A stretch of DNA of 64,000 bases from a virus (IMGVR_UViG_3300044941_000276:32001-96000), one strand, 5' to 3'; shown: positions 10,327 to 19,951, counted from the first letter of the stretch. A program made the numbers and translations. The notes: generated from the letters alone by a model not told the origin.

Positions 10327-10674
10327 ATGAAAAAAATACTTATAGTTTTTGGATTCTTAATCTTTGCTTTGAAAGGTGTTGCGCAAACTTCTTTACCTGT
10401 AGAAGACTTAAAAAACACTTTATCTAAGTATGCAAAAGTAGAATATAGCTATTCAGAAGACGACTTCTTTTCAGTAGATGAAAACAATTCTTATTTTTAT
10501 AGTTTAAAGTTTCATTTAAACAGCCAAAAAGAAGTATATGAACAATATAAAAATAAGTTAGTGGAAATGACAAAACAATACAAAAAAATAAAAATCTACA
10601 ACAGCAATAAAACACTAGTTGAACATAAATCAGAACCTTATTACAGTTGGACACATTTTATGTTTTATAATTAA
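10327..10674 (+). CDS. Secreted/periplasmic protein
   Basis: MKKILIVFGFLIFALKGVA-Q: Sec signal with the Gln +1 typical of Bacteroidota. Confidence 0.7.
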   Translation: MKKILIVFGFLIFALKGVAQTSLPVEDLKNTLSKYAKVEYSYSEDDFFSVDENNSYFYSLKFHLNSQKEVYEQYKNKLVEMTKQYKKIKIYNSNKTLVEHKSEPYYSWTHFMFYN

Positions 10675-10694
10675 CTTCTCATCTTATAAATTAT

Positions 10695-10740
10695 AAATAA
10701 AAAAATAAGCCTCTACTTGATAGAGGCTTATTTTTTATTT
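10695..10740. terminator. Bidirectional intrinsic terminator
   Basis: AAAAAATAAGCCTCTA-cttga-TAGAGGCTTATTTTTT between convergent genes. Confidence 0.85.
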
Positions 10741-11721
10741 ACCGTAGTTTTTTCCTGGTTGTATTTGCCCTTTGTTTACTTTTCTAAAATTATTTCCTGG
10801 ACCTATACCTTCTTTTGTTTTTCCTTCCATTTCAGCAGAATAAGGCGCTAATCGTTCGCTATTCAAAGTTTCATCAAATTCTGGAAGCCTAATTAGTTTA
10901 CCAGTTTCTTCATCTTTGTAATATGCTTCTTTTACACCAGGATAATTCTCAACACCCATGTAAGATCTACCTTTCCAAGTTAGTGGAATTCTGCGACTAC
11001 CAGAATTTTTAATTACGAAATAGTTAGGTTTATATTGTTCAGTAGGTGGAGGTGGGGGCGGAGGCGGAACAATTTTTGGTTGTTGGTTAACTACTCCAAG
11101 ATCATATTCCATATCTGAAGTTAAATTGTCAAAACCTCTGAAACTGCGATTTTTTTCTTTTGCTTTTTTTGCAAGATAGTTATTAAGTTCATCGCGATAC
11201 GCTGTTATTGCACCGTTTTCTTTTAAATCAAACGTAATGCCAGTGACATCATCTTTATATTTTGGAGTTATTTTACCTTGTTGACCAAGCTCTCTTGCTC
11301 TTTCAATAGCAATTGCTTGTATCAATAGCTGAGCTTCATACGGTTTAATTCTACCAGCATCGAGAAGATCTATTATCTGCTGTTGACTATTTACTTCTGG
11401 AAACCTTGATCTAATTGTAGCTAAAGCTTGATTGTTTTTATTTACTTGCGCTTGAGTTTGAGCGCGTCCACGACGAACATAGTTGCTTTTTTTACCAACT
11501 ATATCAACGGTATTAAGATTAAAGTTAACATCGTTTGTTGTTTGAGAACCAGTGTTTTGATTTTTTGGAACAGTACTTCCTCCTTGTTGATACATCATCG
11601 GGTTCATACCTCCATTTCTAAATGATGGAAGTACACCGCCAACTTGAAAACTATATCCCAAAGCAGTTGGAGATTTTAGTATATCTATAGCGGGTCTCGG
11701 AATCAATCTTTTCTTTCTCAT
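10735..11721 (-). CDS. Putative internal cargo protein
   Basis: Basic leader with FQVGG/FRNGG/YQQGG motifs; poly-Pro linker. Confidence 0.65.
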   Translation of the reverse strand: MRKKRLIPRPAIDILKSPTALGYSFQVGGVLPSFRNGGMNPMMYQQGGSTVPKNQNTGSQTTNDVNFNLNTVDIVGKKSNYVRRGRAQTQAQVNKNNQALATIRSRFPEVNSQQQIIDLLDAGRIKPYEAQLLIQAIAIERARELGQQGKITPKYKDDVTGITFDLKENGAITAYRDELNNYLAKKAKEKNRSFRGFDNLTSDMEYDLGVVNQQPKIVPPPPPPPPTEQYKPNYFVIKNSGSRRIPLTWKGRSYMGVENYPGVKEAYYKDEETGKLIRLPEFDETLNSERLAPYSAEMEGKTKEGIGPGNNFRKVNKGQIQPGKNYGK

Positions 11722-11897
11722 TTTCTACTTAATATTTGTACGTACAAATTTTTATTGTTAGCTAATGTATTTAGTTTTATTTTTAAAAAAAATTCTTTTT
11801 AAATAAATATTGTATAATTATAATAATCGCGCGCTATTCTTATATATTAATCGTCGTAAAACAAAATAAAATTATTTTTTTGTTTTATTTAAAATAA

Positions 11898-11938
11898 AAA
11901 TTAAAAGAGTTTCTATTATACAGAAACTCTTTTAATTT
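11898..11938 (-). terminator. Intrinsic terminator
   Basis: AAATTAAAAGAGTTTCT-attatac-AGAAACTCTTTTAATTT just after ORF 11960-12427. Confidence 0.65.
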
Positions 11939-11959
11939 ATTGATTGTAAAAAACTATTA

Positions 11960-12427
11960 TTATCTATCTTGTTTGAATTTACCACCAGAAGCAATACTTT
12001 TTAATTTAGCGTACTGAGCGTCTGTTAGTTGACTCATTCCTTGAGGATTTGCTCCAATTGACTCTAAGTAATCTACTATAGCCATAAAGTTTGGATGATT
12101 TGGACCTATTTCCATGTCTTGTGAATGACGGGTATTGTTACCATAAAGATTATTATAAGTCATTTTTTTTCCTGCTATTATACTTCTAATGCCTCTAGAT
12201 CCATTTTGGATATGTACATAATTTTGTTCAACTTCAGGTACTCCAACTCCTTGTTTATTAGTCCAAATGGAAGGTTTTCCAGTCTCGCCACGATACCTCA
12301 AATCTTCTTGTTGTCTTTGGCTAGGAGACATCGGAAACATGCCTCCGTCTTGATAAAAAGAAAGTCCCAACGGGGTAAATTCTGAAAGAATAGATCTTTT
12401 TCTTCTAGGTATAAGTTGTTTTTTCAT
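11960..12427 (-). CDS. Putative internal cargo protein
   Basis: N-terminal leader homologous to that of 10735-11721, ending YQDGG. Confidence 0.65.
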   Translation of the reverse strand: MKKQLIPRRKRSILSEFTPLGLSFYQDGGMFPMSPSQRQQEDLRYRGETGKPSIWTNKQGVGVPEVEQNYVHIQNGSRGIRSIIAGKKMTYNNLYGNNTRHSQDMEIGPNHPNFMAIVDYLESIGANPQGMSQLTDAQYAKLKSIASGGKFKQDR

Positions 12428-12492
12428 AATTTTAAAATAAATTGTTTAAACGTTTATTTAGTTGAATTAAATAATTATTTATTATAACATAA

Positions 12493-12500
12493 CAAATGTA
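12493..12500 (-). promoter_or_regulatory. Possible Bacteroidota -7 promoter element
   Basis: TACATTTG on minus strand in an AT-rich gap upstream of 12427; no clear -33 element. Confidence 0.35.
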
Positions 12501-12616
12501 CATTAAAGTAATAATATTAGAAATAATAAGTGTAATCAGTAAAGAAAAAATATTTCATCGTATTTTATTTTAAAAATTAAACTTGTCATCTAATATTTTA
12601 CATACTTCACTCACAT

Positions 12617-12991
12617 TTATTTTCCAATTGACGCTAAGTAATTATAATAATCAATATCTTTTTCTTGCGAACCAAAAAATTGATTTATTACCGTTCTGTT
12701 TTCTGGATCATCTTTTGCATAAAATAAAGATTCTTGTTCAGCCAATGACTTTAAATGCTGATGTTCTGGTTTAAAATCTACAGACAAACACCAAACTTGT
12801 TGGTAATTATATAAACGATTATCGTTTAATTCAAACACTAACTCGTTTATTTTAGTGGCGTTCCAAAAAGACAGATGTCCAATTTCATCTCTTGGTACAG
12901 AATTTAAAACTTCTATAAAAGTTGAAATCTTATCCAATCCAAATACATAAATAGTTGGTGCTCTTTCTATTTGTTCAATCTCTTCACTCAT
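12617..12991 (-). CDS. Hypothetical protein
   Basis: 124-aa ORF. Confidence 0.6.
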   Translation of the reverse strand: MSEEIEQIERAPTIYVFGLDKISTFIEVLNSVPRDEIGHLSFWNATKINELVFELNDNRLYNYQQVWCLSVDFKPEHQHLKSLAEQESLFYAKDDPENRTVINQFFGSQEKDIDYYNYLASIGK

Positions 12992-13009
12992 ATCGTTTAA
13001 CTTATAATA

Positions 13010-13858
13010 TTACAAAGAATAAAAATCTGCGTATGTAGTGCCTGCTGTGTCTGGCGTTGTGTTGTTATACGGTGTAACAGTTAATTGTCTTGTGCTTGGG
13101 CGACAAATGGGTGCTTGCCCGTTCACACGGTTGAAGTCTATACTGATAAGATTCTTTAAGTCTGATATAGCTACTTTACCAGCTTGGTGAGCAGCGTAAA
13201 TTGTTCCATAATTATGAATAGCACGTAACTCTTCTGATGAACATTCTTTTTCTAACAAAATTTCAAAACTGCGGATATATCCTAAAAACGCGTTTTGTGC
13301 TTCTCTTGGCACAGGCCCTAACCTGCGATTTGGATAAGCTCCAATAGCGGCAAAATTACTTGTTGTATTTCTTCTTACATTAAAATTGTATTGCTGTGTG
13401 TATCGTCTACCGTTGAAAGTATTATTTGGATTTTCTACAATCGGATTTGAATTATATGCAACAGAAAAAATAGAACGTCTGTTTGATGTATTAATATTTA
13501 CTCCCACTGATTTTCGCCCTGTTAATACAGTAGATGGATGTAAAGCTAATGAAATTTGCGAAAGGAGTTCAGTCCCAGCATAAAGAATGTATAAATTTAC
13601 TCTTCCTTCCCCTGATACCCAATCGCTCAGCCCCTGATTAAATATTACGTTGCCGCCATCATTAAAGCTAACTGGCTCCGTCCTTTGATTAAAAAATGCT
13701 ACCGAAACTGTTAAAGGTATCTGCAAAAACGGCAAAGTATCTGCGCCGTCGCCAAGCAATATCCACCTGTTTACGTTAAACAACATTGCATTGCCCGCCA
13801 ATGCGCTGCGGTGAAATTGGTTATCTCTATCGCCTAAAACTTTAACTAATCTACTCAT
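13010..13858 (-). CDS. Putative ConA/LamG-like lectin domain virion protein
   Basis: FAAIGAY...FLGYIRSFEIL...SSEELRAIHN resembles a LamG C-terminal pattern. Confidence 0.45.
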   Translation of the reverse strand: MSRLVKVLGDRDNQFHRSALAGNAMLFNVNRWILLGDGADTLPFLQIPLTVSVAFFNQRTEPVSFNDGGNVIFNQGLSDWVSGEGRVNLYILYAGTELLSQISLALHPSTVLTGRKSVGVNINTSNRRSIFSVAYNSNPIVENPNNTFNGRRYTQQYNFNVRRNTTSNFAAIGAYPNRRLGPVPREAQNAFLGYIRSFEILLEKECSSEELRAIHNYGTIYAAHQAGKVAISDLKNLISIDFNRVNGQAPICRPSTRQLTVTPYNNTTPDTAGTTYADFYSL

Positions 13859-14706
13859 ATTTTATTTACAACAAACGTTCCTATTGCACTAGTATTACTT
13901 CCTGAATAATTAACCCAAACTTGAACAGCATATGGTTGATTTGCAGGTACAGCATTAATCGCTGAGTTCAAAGCTGCTAAAGTTGTCAAATCCCCAACTG
14001 TAAAATCATTTACATCGTTATTTATTATCAAATTATAAACAAACGTACTACCATTATTGCTTGTGGCTGATACAAATTGATATTTTGCAGAACCATCAAA
14101 ATATAAAACAACATCTTGTGAAATACCTTGAAAGTTATATTGAAAATTAGCAGGAAGAAAAGTTGATGCGTAGTTTAAACAGATACCACAATCTGTTCCT
14201 TGTGTGTAATCTTGTACAGTGATTCTAAGAGAATAAGGTAAAGAAGTTGTACCAAGAGCAGATATAAGTTGAGCTTGGGTTAATTGAGGAATACCCGTCC
14301 AGTTAGTTATACCTAATCCTGATGCTAATTGATATTGAATACCTACACAAGAATTGAAAACATTTACAAATGATGGATTGTTTAATCTAACGTTAGATTC
14401 AAATACTAATGATTTACTTTGTCCTCTAAAATGAAAAGAAACCCACTGTTCTATGAATAATTCAGGTAATATATCAATAATTTCTTTAGGACAAGATTCT
14501 CCGTTGTTATCTACGATCAGCCGCACTCTGATAGTTATTTCACCTGTAACTTCGTTATCTGGTATATTAGCAGATATTGTTAGAGTATTAACAGTTTCAG
14601 TAAGAGTACTTGATCTTACAACATTACCTACTAAAACCTCTGCGGTTTTAGTAAAAGGTAAACCTGAAGAATTAGTAAAAGTATATGTTTTATTTAATAC
14701 TGGCAT
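13855..14706 (-). CDS. Beta-rich putative virion surface protein
   Basis: Thr/Asn/Val-rich; N-terminus MPVLNKTY shared with 16002-16223. Confidence 0.55.
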   Translation of the reverse strand: MPVLNKTYTFTNSSGLPFTKTAEVLVGNVVRSSTLTETVNTLTISANIPDNEVTGEITIRVRLIVDNNGESCPKEIIDILPELFIEQWVSFHFRGQSKSLVFESNVRLNNPSFVNVFNSCVGIQYQLASGLGITNWTGIPQLTQAQLISALGTTSLPYSLRITVQDYTQGTDCGICLNYASTFLPANFQYNFQGISQDVVLYFDGSAKYQFVSATSNNGSTFVYNLIINNDVNDFTVGDLTTLAALNSAINAVPANQPYAVQVWVNYSGSNTSAIGTFVVNKI

Positions 14707-14709
14707 CTA

Positions 14710-16011
14710 CTATGTTATAGTTAATCTTGGAAAACTTAAAAACGGATTTTCTCCATATATATAAGGATAACTCGACACCATATCAAATTGACCTCTTATG
14801 TTTGTACTATTATTAAATAAGACTAAGGGTCTAGTACCTTCTGGTAAACTTAAATTACATGATATTAGAATAGGTCTTGTGTTATATCCGCCTGTTATAA
14901 AAGGAGATATATATTGATTATCGTGTAGTGTATTATAAGTATGAGAAAATCTATTACCATAATTAAACTCTACGTGATTTGTAGCTGAATTAAAATTGAA
15001 AGTTAAAAGGTCAGATAGTTCTAATATTATGCTACCACAAGAAAGATTAAAAGGTCCCTCAAATGGAAGAAATGAATCGGTATATACACAAGTAGTTCTT
15101 TTTTTAATCTTATACCAAGCTCTAAACTTTGTGAAACGACTGTCAGGTAACATAGATACATTTAATTTTAGACCCGCGTATGTCATACTACCTATTTGCA
15201 CATTATACGTTACAAACGCATCAAAAGAAGCATCCATTTCTTCCCTTGTTAATTCAAAAAGGTATCCATAAAATCCACAAAATGCATCTTCTTCGTTATA
15301 ATTATTAGGGTTTGTTGGTACTCCCACAAAACGAGGAGTACAATCATACCAGTTACATCTACGGTGTCCATGCTCAAGATATAACCACCAAGATTTAGTT
15401 AGATTTGAATTAAAAAATGCTACTAATAAACCTCCGTCTAATGGAGGCACTCTTAATGTATTAGTTAAATTATCACTGACTGCATCAGTTCTAAGTCTAT
15501 AATTTTCATCTGTATATATAATGTTTGGAAATCTAGCAAGATAACTTTCTGGATTAAATGCGCAATTAGGATAACCGTGAAAAAAAGCACCTTGCCCCCA
15601 TCCTATATGTTTAATATTTACTATTAAATTTCTTCCATAAAAATATGAGGCGTTTTCGGGACGAGAAGCATTTCTAAGCATAGATGATTGTCTACTAGAG
15701 CCACTGGTTAGACTCATATAAGGAAAATTAAATCGATATAACCCAGATTCTTCTGAATAATATTGATTCATATTAAGGCTATTGTTACTATATTGTGTGT
15801 AACAAACAGCTGGTAAACCTAAACCTTCAAAATTATCTTCGTCTGTGTATCTCCTATTATTATCACTAGGAACAAAAAGCGCACCGCCACCGGCTACACC
15901 TTGCATTCTTATTCTTTCACTTGGCGATGAGAAATTGATTCTATTACTCTCCGAATAACTGATATTATCAGTTATTGTTTTATTACATTCAATACAAGCC
16001 ATCAGGGACAA
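14710..16011 (-). CDS. Hypothetical protein, possible receptor-binding module
   Basis: 433-aa aromatic/Asn-rich ORF. Confidence 0.55.
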   Translation of the reverse strand: MSLMACIECNKTITDNISYSESNRINFSSPSERIRMQGVAGGGALFVPSDNNRRYTDEDNFEGLGLPAVCYTQYSNNSLNMNQYYSEESGLYRFNFPYMSLTSGSSRQSSMLRNASRPENASYFYGRNLIVNIKHIGWGQGAFFHGYPNCAFNPESYLARFPNIIYTDENYRLRTDAVSDNLTNTLRVPPLDGGLLVAFFNSNLTKSWWLYLEHGHRRCNWYDCTPRFVGVPTNPNNYNEEDAFCGFYGYLFELTREEMDASFDAFVTYNVQIGSMTYAGLKLNVSMLPDSRFTKFRAWYKIKKRTTCVYTDSFLPFEGPFNLSCGSIILELSDLLTFNFNSATNHVEFNYGNRFSHTYNTLHDNQYISPFITGGYNTRPILISCNLSLPEGTRPLVLFNNSTNIRGQFDMVSSYPYIYGENPFLSFPRLTIT

Positions 16012-16223
16012 TAATCTATACTGTTTATACTAATCTTTATTTGATAATCACCAACATTCCCAATAGGAAGTGAGCCGCTACTAACTGTTATTGTTGTTGG
16101 AGTAGTAGTTACAATCAAAGGTATAACTGTAGATCCTTGAACAAAATCAGCTGATATTATATAATCAGACAATTTAGATGGATCAGATATATTGAGATTA
16201 TATGTTTTATTTACAATTGGCAT
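16002..16223 (-). CDS. Small Ig-like/beta-rich protein
   Basis: Start MPIVNKTY, similar to the N-terminus of 13855-14706. Confidence 0.5.
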   Translation of the reverse strand: MPIVNKTYNLNISDPSKLSDYIISADFVQGSTVIPLIVTTTPTTITVSSGSLPIGNVGDYQIKISINSIDYCP

Positions 16224-16228
16224 AATTT

Positions 16229-16942
16229 TTACCATTTAACGCGATCAGACCAGAACGCAGCACTCATTTTACCCTTTGCTATATTTTTAGCATGACGTGC
16301 TTTAAACGCTTCTCTTCTTTTACGATAACTTTCTGATTCACCCTCTTTTTTAGGTGAACCTTTTACACCTTGTTGACCAAATCTAATCAGTTTTTGTTTT
16401 CCTCCTTCACAAGCCAATACAACATGGGACTTGGTTTTATGATCAGGGGTACGCTTTGGAGTATTGCATTTTAATGCTCCACCTTGTTTAAAATATCCAA
16501 CTCTTTTTTTAAAGTTTTCAATATCAGTGGATATGTTTTCTCTTTTAAATTGAGCTATTACATCATCGGTAATATCTCTTCTATTCTTTTTATCTCTAAT
16601 TTTTCTTATGATATTAACGATACCATCAACCATAGCTTTATCTTGTTTGTTTACAGTACCGCCGCTTTTCATTTTAGAATACAGATTTTTTCCATATTGC
16701 TTCATTCCAGAAATGTCATCTACTGGTCTAAGATAACCTCGTACAGAAGATTTATTGTCGCGACGTAGTTTACCGTTCACTAACTTGTATCCGTCTAAGG
16801 TGTGATCTCTATTAGTCTTGGTTCTTACAAATTCCATAGGTCTATCGCCTTGATTTAAAGTTCCTCCCTTTTTTAAAATCGCAGCAATCCAATTGGAACC
16901 ATTGCAAGATTTTTTATTTTTTTTATACCTGATGCCTGCCAT
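16229..16942 (-). CDS. Basic multi-segment cargo protein
   Basis: Segments separated by LKKGG, MKSGG and FKQGG; C-terminal KRTP..K..LIRFG..RREAFKARH..SAAFWS small basic domain. Confidence 0.65.
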   Translation of the reverse strand: MAGIRYKKNKKSCNGSNWIAAILKKGGTLNQGDRPMEFVRTKTNRDHTLDGYKLVNGKLRRDNKSSVRGYLRPVDDISGMKQYGKNLYSKMKSGGTVNKQDKAMVDGIVNIIRKIRDKKNRRDITDDVIAQFKRENISTDIENFKKRVGYFKQGGALKCNTPKRTPDHKTKSHVVLACEGGKQKLIRFGQQGVKGSPKKEGESESYRKRREAFKARHAKNIAKGKMSAAFWSDRVKW

Positions 16943-17750
16943 ATATTAATCCTCCATACTCTTTCTTTTCTTTATCCCATTGATCTTCACTGCCCCAATT
17001 ATACACAAAAAGATCGGGATCGATATAACTAGTTTTAACTACTTGAGGTGTGTTATTTAGTTTTTTTGAAACCATAGTACACACATATTTTACTGATTCT
17101 TTGTATGTTTTCTTATCGGTAGGTGTCGGCAAAGACATAAGATACCTATATCCGTAAACGTTAGCTCTAAATGTTCTAAAATCTTTAGATGAGAAATATG
17201 GAGACGTTTCATCTTTAATAAATTTAGTAAGAGTATAATCATCTATATTAAAAACAGGATCATATCCCGATTGATAAATAGATATAACATATTGACTAAG
17301 CTCTTTATCAAGAACAAAATGATTATCTACATGCTTTTTGCCAATAAAATCAAACGATACAATACCATTGGGAGATATTTTTATGTGATTTCGCTCCATA
17401 GTAGTAAGACCATAAGTCTTAGCAAGAACTCTCTTACCTTTTTCTTTGTATTCGGAATAGAAACCCTCAGCGCTATCTTCATTTCCTATTCTGATACCAG
17501 TTTTTAATATAATCAATGTTGCTACTGCACAATTATATCTTATTGATGTTGGGATTGATTTACTGCTATTAATAATATTTCTTAGTTTATTAACAATTTC
17601 GGTATATCTGCTAGCAATCATAGCAACCCTGTTAAATTTTACATCGGTTGACCCATTTACATTCCCGTAAAAACCTACTTCTCGTCCATCTATTAAAAAA
17701 CGATGACTATATTTAACATCTCCTCCCTTTTTAAATCCTATCATTTCCAA
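16923..17750 (-). CDS. DNA topoisomerase IB (minimal catalytic core)
   Basis: TGIRIGNE, TYGLTT, FIGKKH, SKDFRT and LNNTPQVVKTSYIDP give the R-K-R-(H/N)-Y catalytic pentad of poxviral/bacterial TopIB. Confidence 0.88.
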   Translation of the reverse strand: MEMIGFKKGGDVKYSHRFLIDGREVGFYGNVNGSTDVKFNRVAMIASRYTEIVNKLRNIINSSKSIPTSIRYNCAVATLIILKTGIRIGNEDSAEGFYSEYKEKGKRVLAKTYGLTTMERNHIKISPNGIVSFDFIGKKHVDNHFVLDKELSQYVISIYQSGYDPVFNIDDYTLTKFIKDETSPYFSSKDFRTFRANVYGYRYLMSLPTPTDKKTYKESVKYVCTMVSKKLNNTPQVVKTSYIDPDLFVYNWGSEDQWDKEKKEYGGLIYGRHQV

Positions 17751-17986
17751 TTAACGTTTTTACCCATCGACTTTTTTCTTTTAATTGCTTCAAGTTTATT
17801 ATTATCAGGACAATCAGATAGAGTTGGTCGGCATAATCTTTTCTTTCCAGCTCTATCTCCACCACACGGACCTCGTGATATACAATCTACCCAACCTTTT
17901 CCGCCATTTCTACTAAACCATCCACGCAGTCCTTGCTCTCTTTCTTTATCAAAGATACCGCCTTTTTTAAACTTTAATCCCTTCAT
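17741..17986 (-). CDS. Small basic Cys-containing protein
   Basis: MKGLKFKKGG leader; GLRGWF..WVDC..CGG..CRPT. Confidence 0.65.
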   Translation of the reverse strand: MKGLKFKKGGIFDKEREQGLRGWFSRNGGKGWVDCISRGPCGGDRAGKKRLCRPTLSDCPDNNKLEAIKRKKSMGKNVNWK

Positions 17987-18141
17987 GACTTTTTCTTTCT
18001 ACATTTAGACATGTACCCAGAACGATAAGCGCTGGTTTTTGGACCATATATCTCTACAGCTTTGCGATAACAATCATCCTTAGTACCAGAACCTTTATAT
18101 CGAGGTATCGATTTGCTCTTTTTAAACTTTAATCCTCCCAT
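17983..18141 (-). CDS. Small basic protein (52 aa, not in ORF track)
   Basis: Manual translation MGGLKFKKSKSIPRYKGSGTKDDCYRKAVEIYGPKTSAYRSGYMSKCRKKKS; start and stop both overlap neighbours. Confidence 0.7.
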   Translation of the reverse strand: MGGLKFKKSKSIPRYKGSGTKDDCYRKAVEIYGPKTSAYRSGYMSKCRKKKS

Positions 18142-19946
18142 TATTTTTTAAATCCTTTTAAAGTCTTTGCCAAATTACAACGTTGTTTACTCTTAGTTGA
18201 AAGATTAGATTGCGCACAATATTCTGATATACTCATACCAGCACGTTTAGCCGATGCTGTTAAAGCACCAGGTTTCTTGATTGCATTTTTAATCCAGCCA
18301 CCTTTTTTGAAAGACAATGGTTTCTTTTTTTTATTTTCTTGTGCTTGTTTATGTAATCCCAATCCTAATGTTGCTCCGACAACTGCTTTATGAATATTAG
18401 GATCATCCCAGTTCCATTTTGCAAGATGTTCACGAAATAGTGATTTTACATAATTTGGATAAAATGTTGCTATTTGAGGTTCTGCGTAGTTCAAATCATT
18501 AACAACAACTTTCATATTATCATATCCTTTTTTTATAGAATCTTTAATAGATTTACTCATTGCTGTACTATTATATGGAGGAATAACATCTTTATTATTT
18601 GGTAGCAAAGATTCGTAATACTCTTGAACATTTCTTCTATTATTATTTTTAGTTAGTAATGGGAATATAGTAGGAGAAAATTTTCTATTTTTTGGAAATG
18701 CAAAACGACTATAATCTTTCGCAACTTTTTTAAAAGGTGTTGTGAATATAGCTGGTTCTGGTGCAGTTATATCAATGTTAAATTCGTCACCATCTAATCT
18801 TTCAACCCCTGTACCATGATACTCTAAATTATCAGTTGCTTCTTTTAAACCTTTTCTGGCTTGTTCGGTTTTAGTTGATAACCATAAACCATCAGCTATT
18901 TGTTGATCAGATAATTTTGGATTTATTTTTTGAAAATAAGTATTTGACTTTTCATCATAAATAGCGTTTCTTTTTTTCCAAAATGATTCGGCAGCTTCGC
19001 TTCTGAGATTATCTGATTGCAGTCCTTTACTAGAACTATAGTTGCTAATAATATTATTTAATCTATTATAAACTTCATTTGTAATTCCTTTTCTTTGATA
19101 TTCTGGTTTTAGATTTGCCATTTTTATTTGGGAGGCTCCTTGCCCAACAAAATATTCTCCAACTCTACTTCCGTTTTTATCTTTTAATATTATAGAAAAT
19201 TCACCGTCAGGTTGTTTTTTAATTTTTACTACAATGTCATCTTTAAAGTTAGAAAATTCTTTTATTAAATCTTCTTCTATATTATTTGTTGCAACGCTGT
19301 TATTAAAATCTTTATAATATTTTCTTGCTCCTGGTACTTCTTCCAATATTTGTTTGTACAGATTACTTTCTCTATTGACTTTTATTCCTTGTTCTTCTGC
19401 CTGTTTTATTATATCTAAAAACATTTCGGTGCTATTACGGTATTCTTTTATTACTGGTTTAAACACTTTTGCAGCATCACCAGCAATACCTAACACAGGC
19501 AATATTGCAGCAATAGATATTGGACTAACTGTTCCTTTTGATTTATATTCATTCCAAACATCATAAAGTCCTTTTATATCTCCAATACCAGGTATAAAAT
19601 CAATACCTCCTGTTATAGTTTTACTCAGCCCTCGAGCATTGGTTGCTTCTTGTTTATTAGAATACCCTGTGTATCTTCTAACTGGTTTTCCATAACCAAA
19701 TCCCCCATCATTTGTTGTTTGAGCAGTGGGTATAAAGCTACTCTTGATTTCCACCTCTGGTAAAGTAGCTCCTTCGTATATACCATACTTATATTTTAAT
19801 TCTTTTGCTTTTTCAGGATTCTTTTCTTGATATGATTTCCACATCAATCTGCCTTGATTTGTACTTAAATCAAAAGGAAAACCTCTATCATATCCTACTA
19901 TTTTTTTAGGACTAGGAATATTATTGCCTTTTTGAAATCGTAACAT
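18141..19946 (-). CDS. Polyvalent cargo protein: pre-toxin-TG-like + GNAT-like + ADP-ribosyltransferase-like (ART-PolyVal type)
   Basis: IDFIPGIGDIKG; LKPEYQRKGIT..SEAAESFWKK; YHGTG..AIFTT..AKDY..KGYD..FYPNYVKS. Confidence 0.65.
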   Translation of the reverse strand: MLRFQKGNNIPSPKKIVGYDRGFPFDLSTNQGRLMWKSYQEKNPEKAKELKYKYGIYEGATLPEVEIKSSFIPTAQTTNDGGFGYGKPVRRYTGYSNKQEATNARGLSKTITGGIDFIPGIGDIKGLYDVWNEYKSKGTVSPISIAAILPVLGIAGDAAKVFKPVIKEYRNSTEMFLDIIKQAEEQGIKVNRESNLYKQILEEVPGARKYYKDFNNSVATNNIEEDLIKEFSNFKDDIVVKIKKQPDGEFSIILKDKNGSRVGEYFVGQGASQIKMANLKPEYQRKGITNEVYNRLNNIISNYSSSKGLQSDNLRSEAAESFWKKRNAIYDEKSNTYFQKINPKLSDQQIADGLWLSTKTEQARKGLKEATDNLEYHGTGVERLDGDEFNIDITAPEPAIFTTPFKKVAKDYSRFAFPKNRKFSPTIFPLLTKNNNRRNVQEYYESLLPNNKDVIPPYNSTAMSKSIKDSIKKGYDNMKVVVNDLNYAEPQIATFYPNYVKSLFREHLAKWNWDDPNIHKAVVGATLGLGLHKQAQENKKKKPLSFKKGGWIKNAIKKPGALTASAKRAGMSISEYCAQSNLSTKSKQRCNLAKTLKGFKK

Positions 19947-19951
19947 TTTAA

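Noticed and set aside
14704-14712. In-frame TAG TAG ATG junction suggesting amber recoding, known in some crAss-like clades
   Set aside because: Long genes (muzzle, portal, terL, fibres) are intact in the standard code and no suppressor tRNA is present; simplest reading is a double stop.
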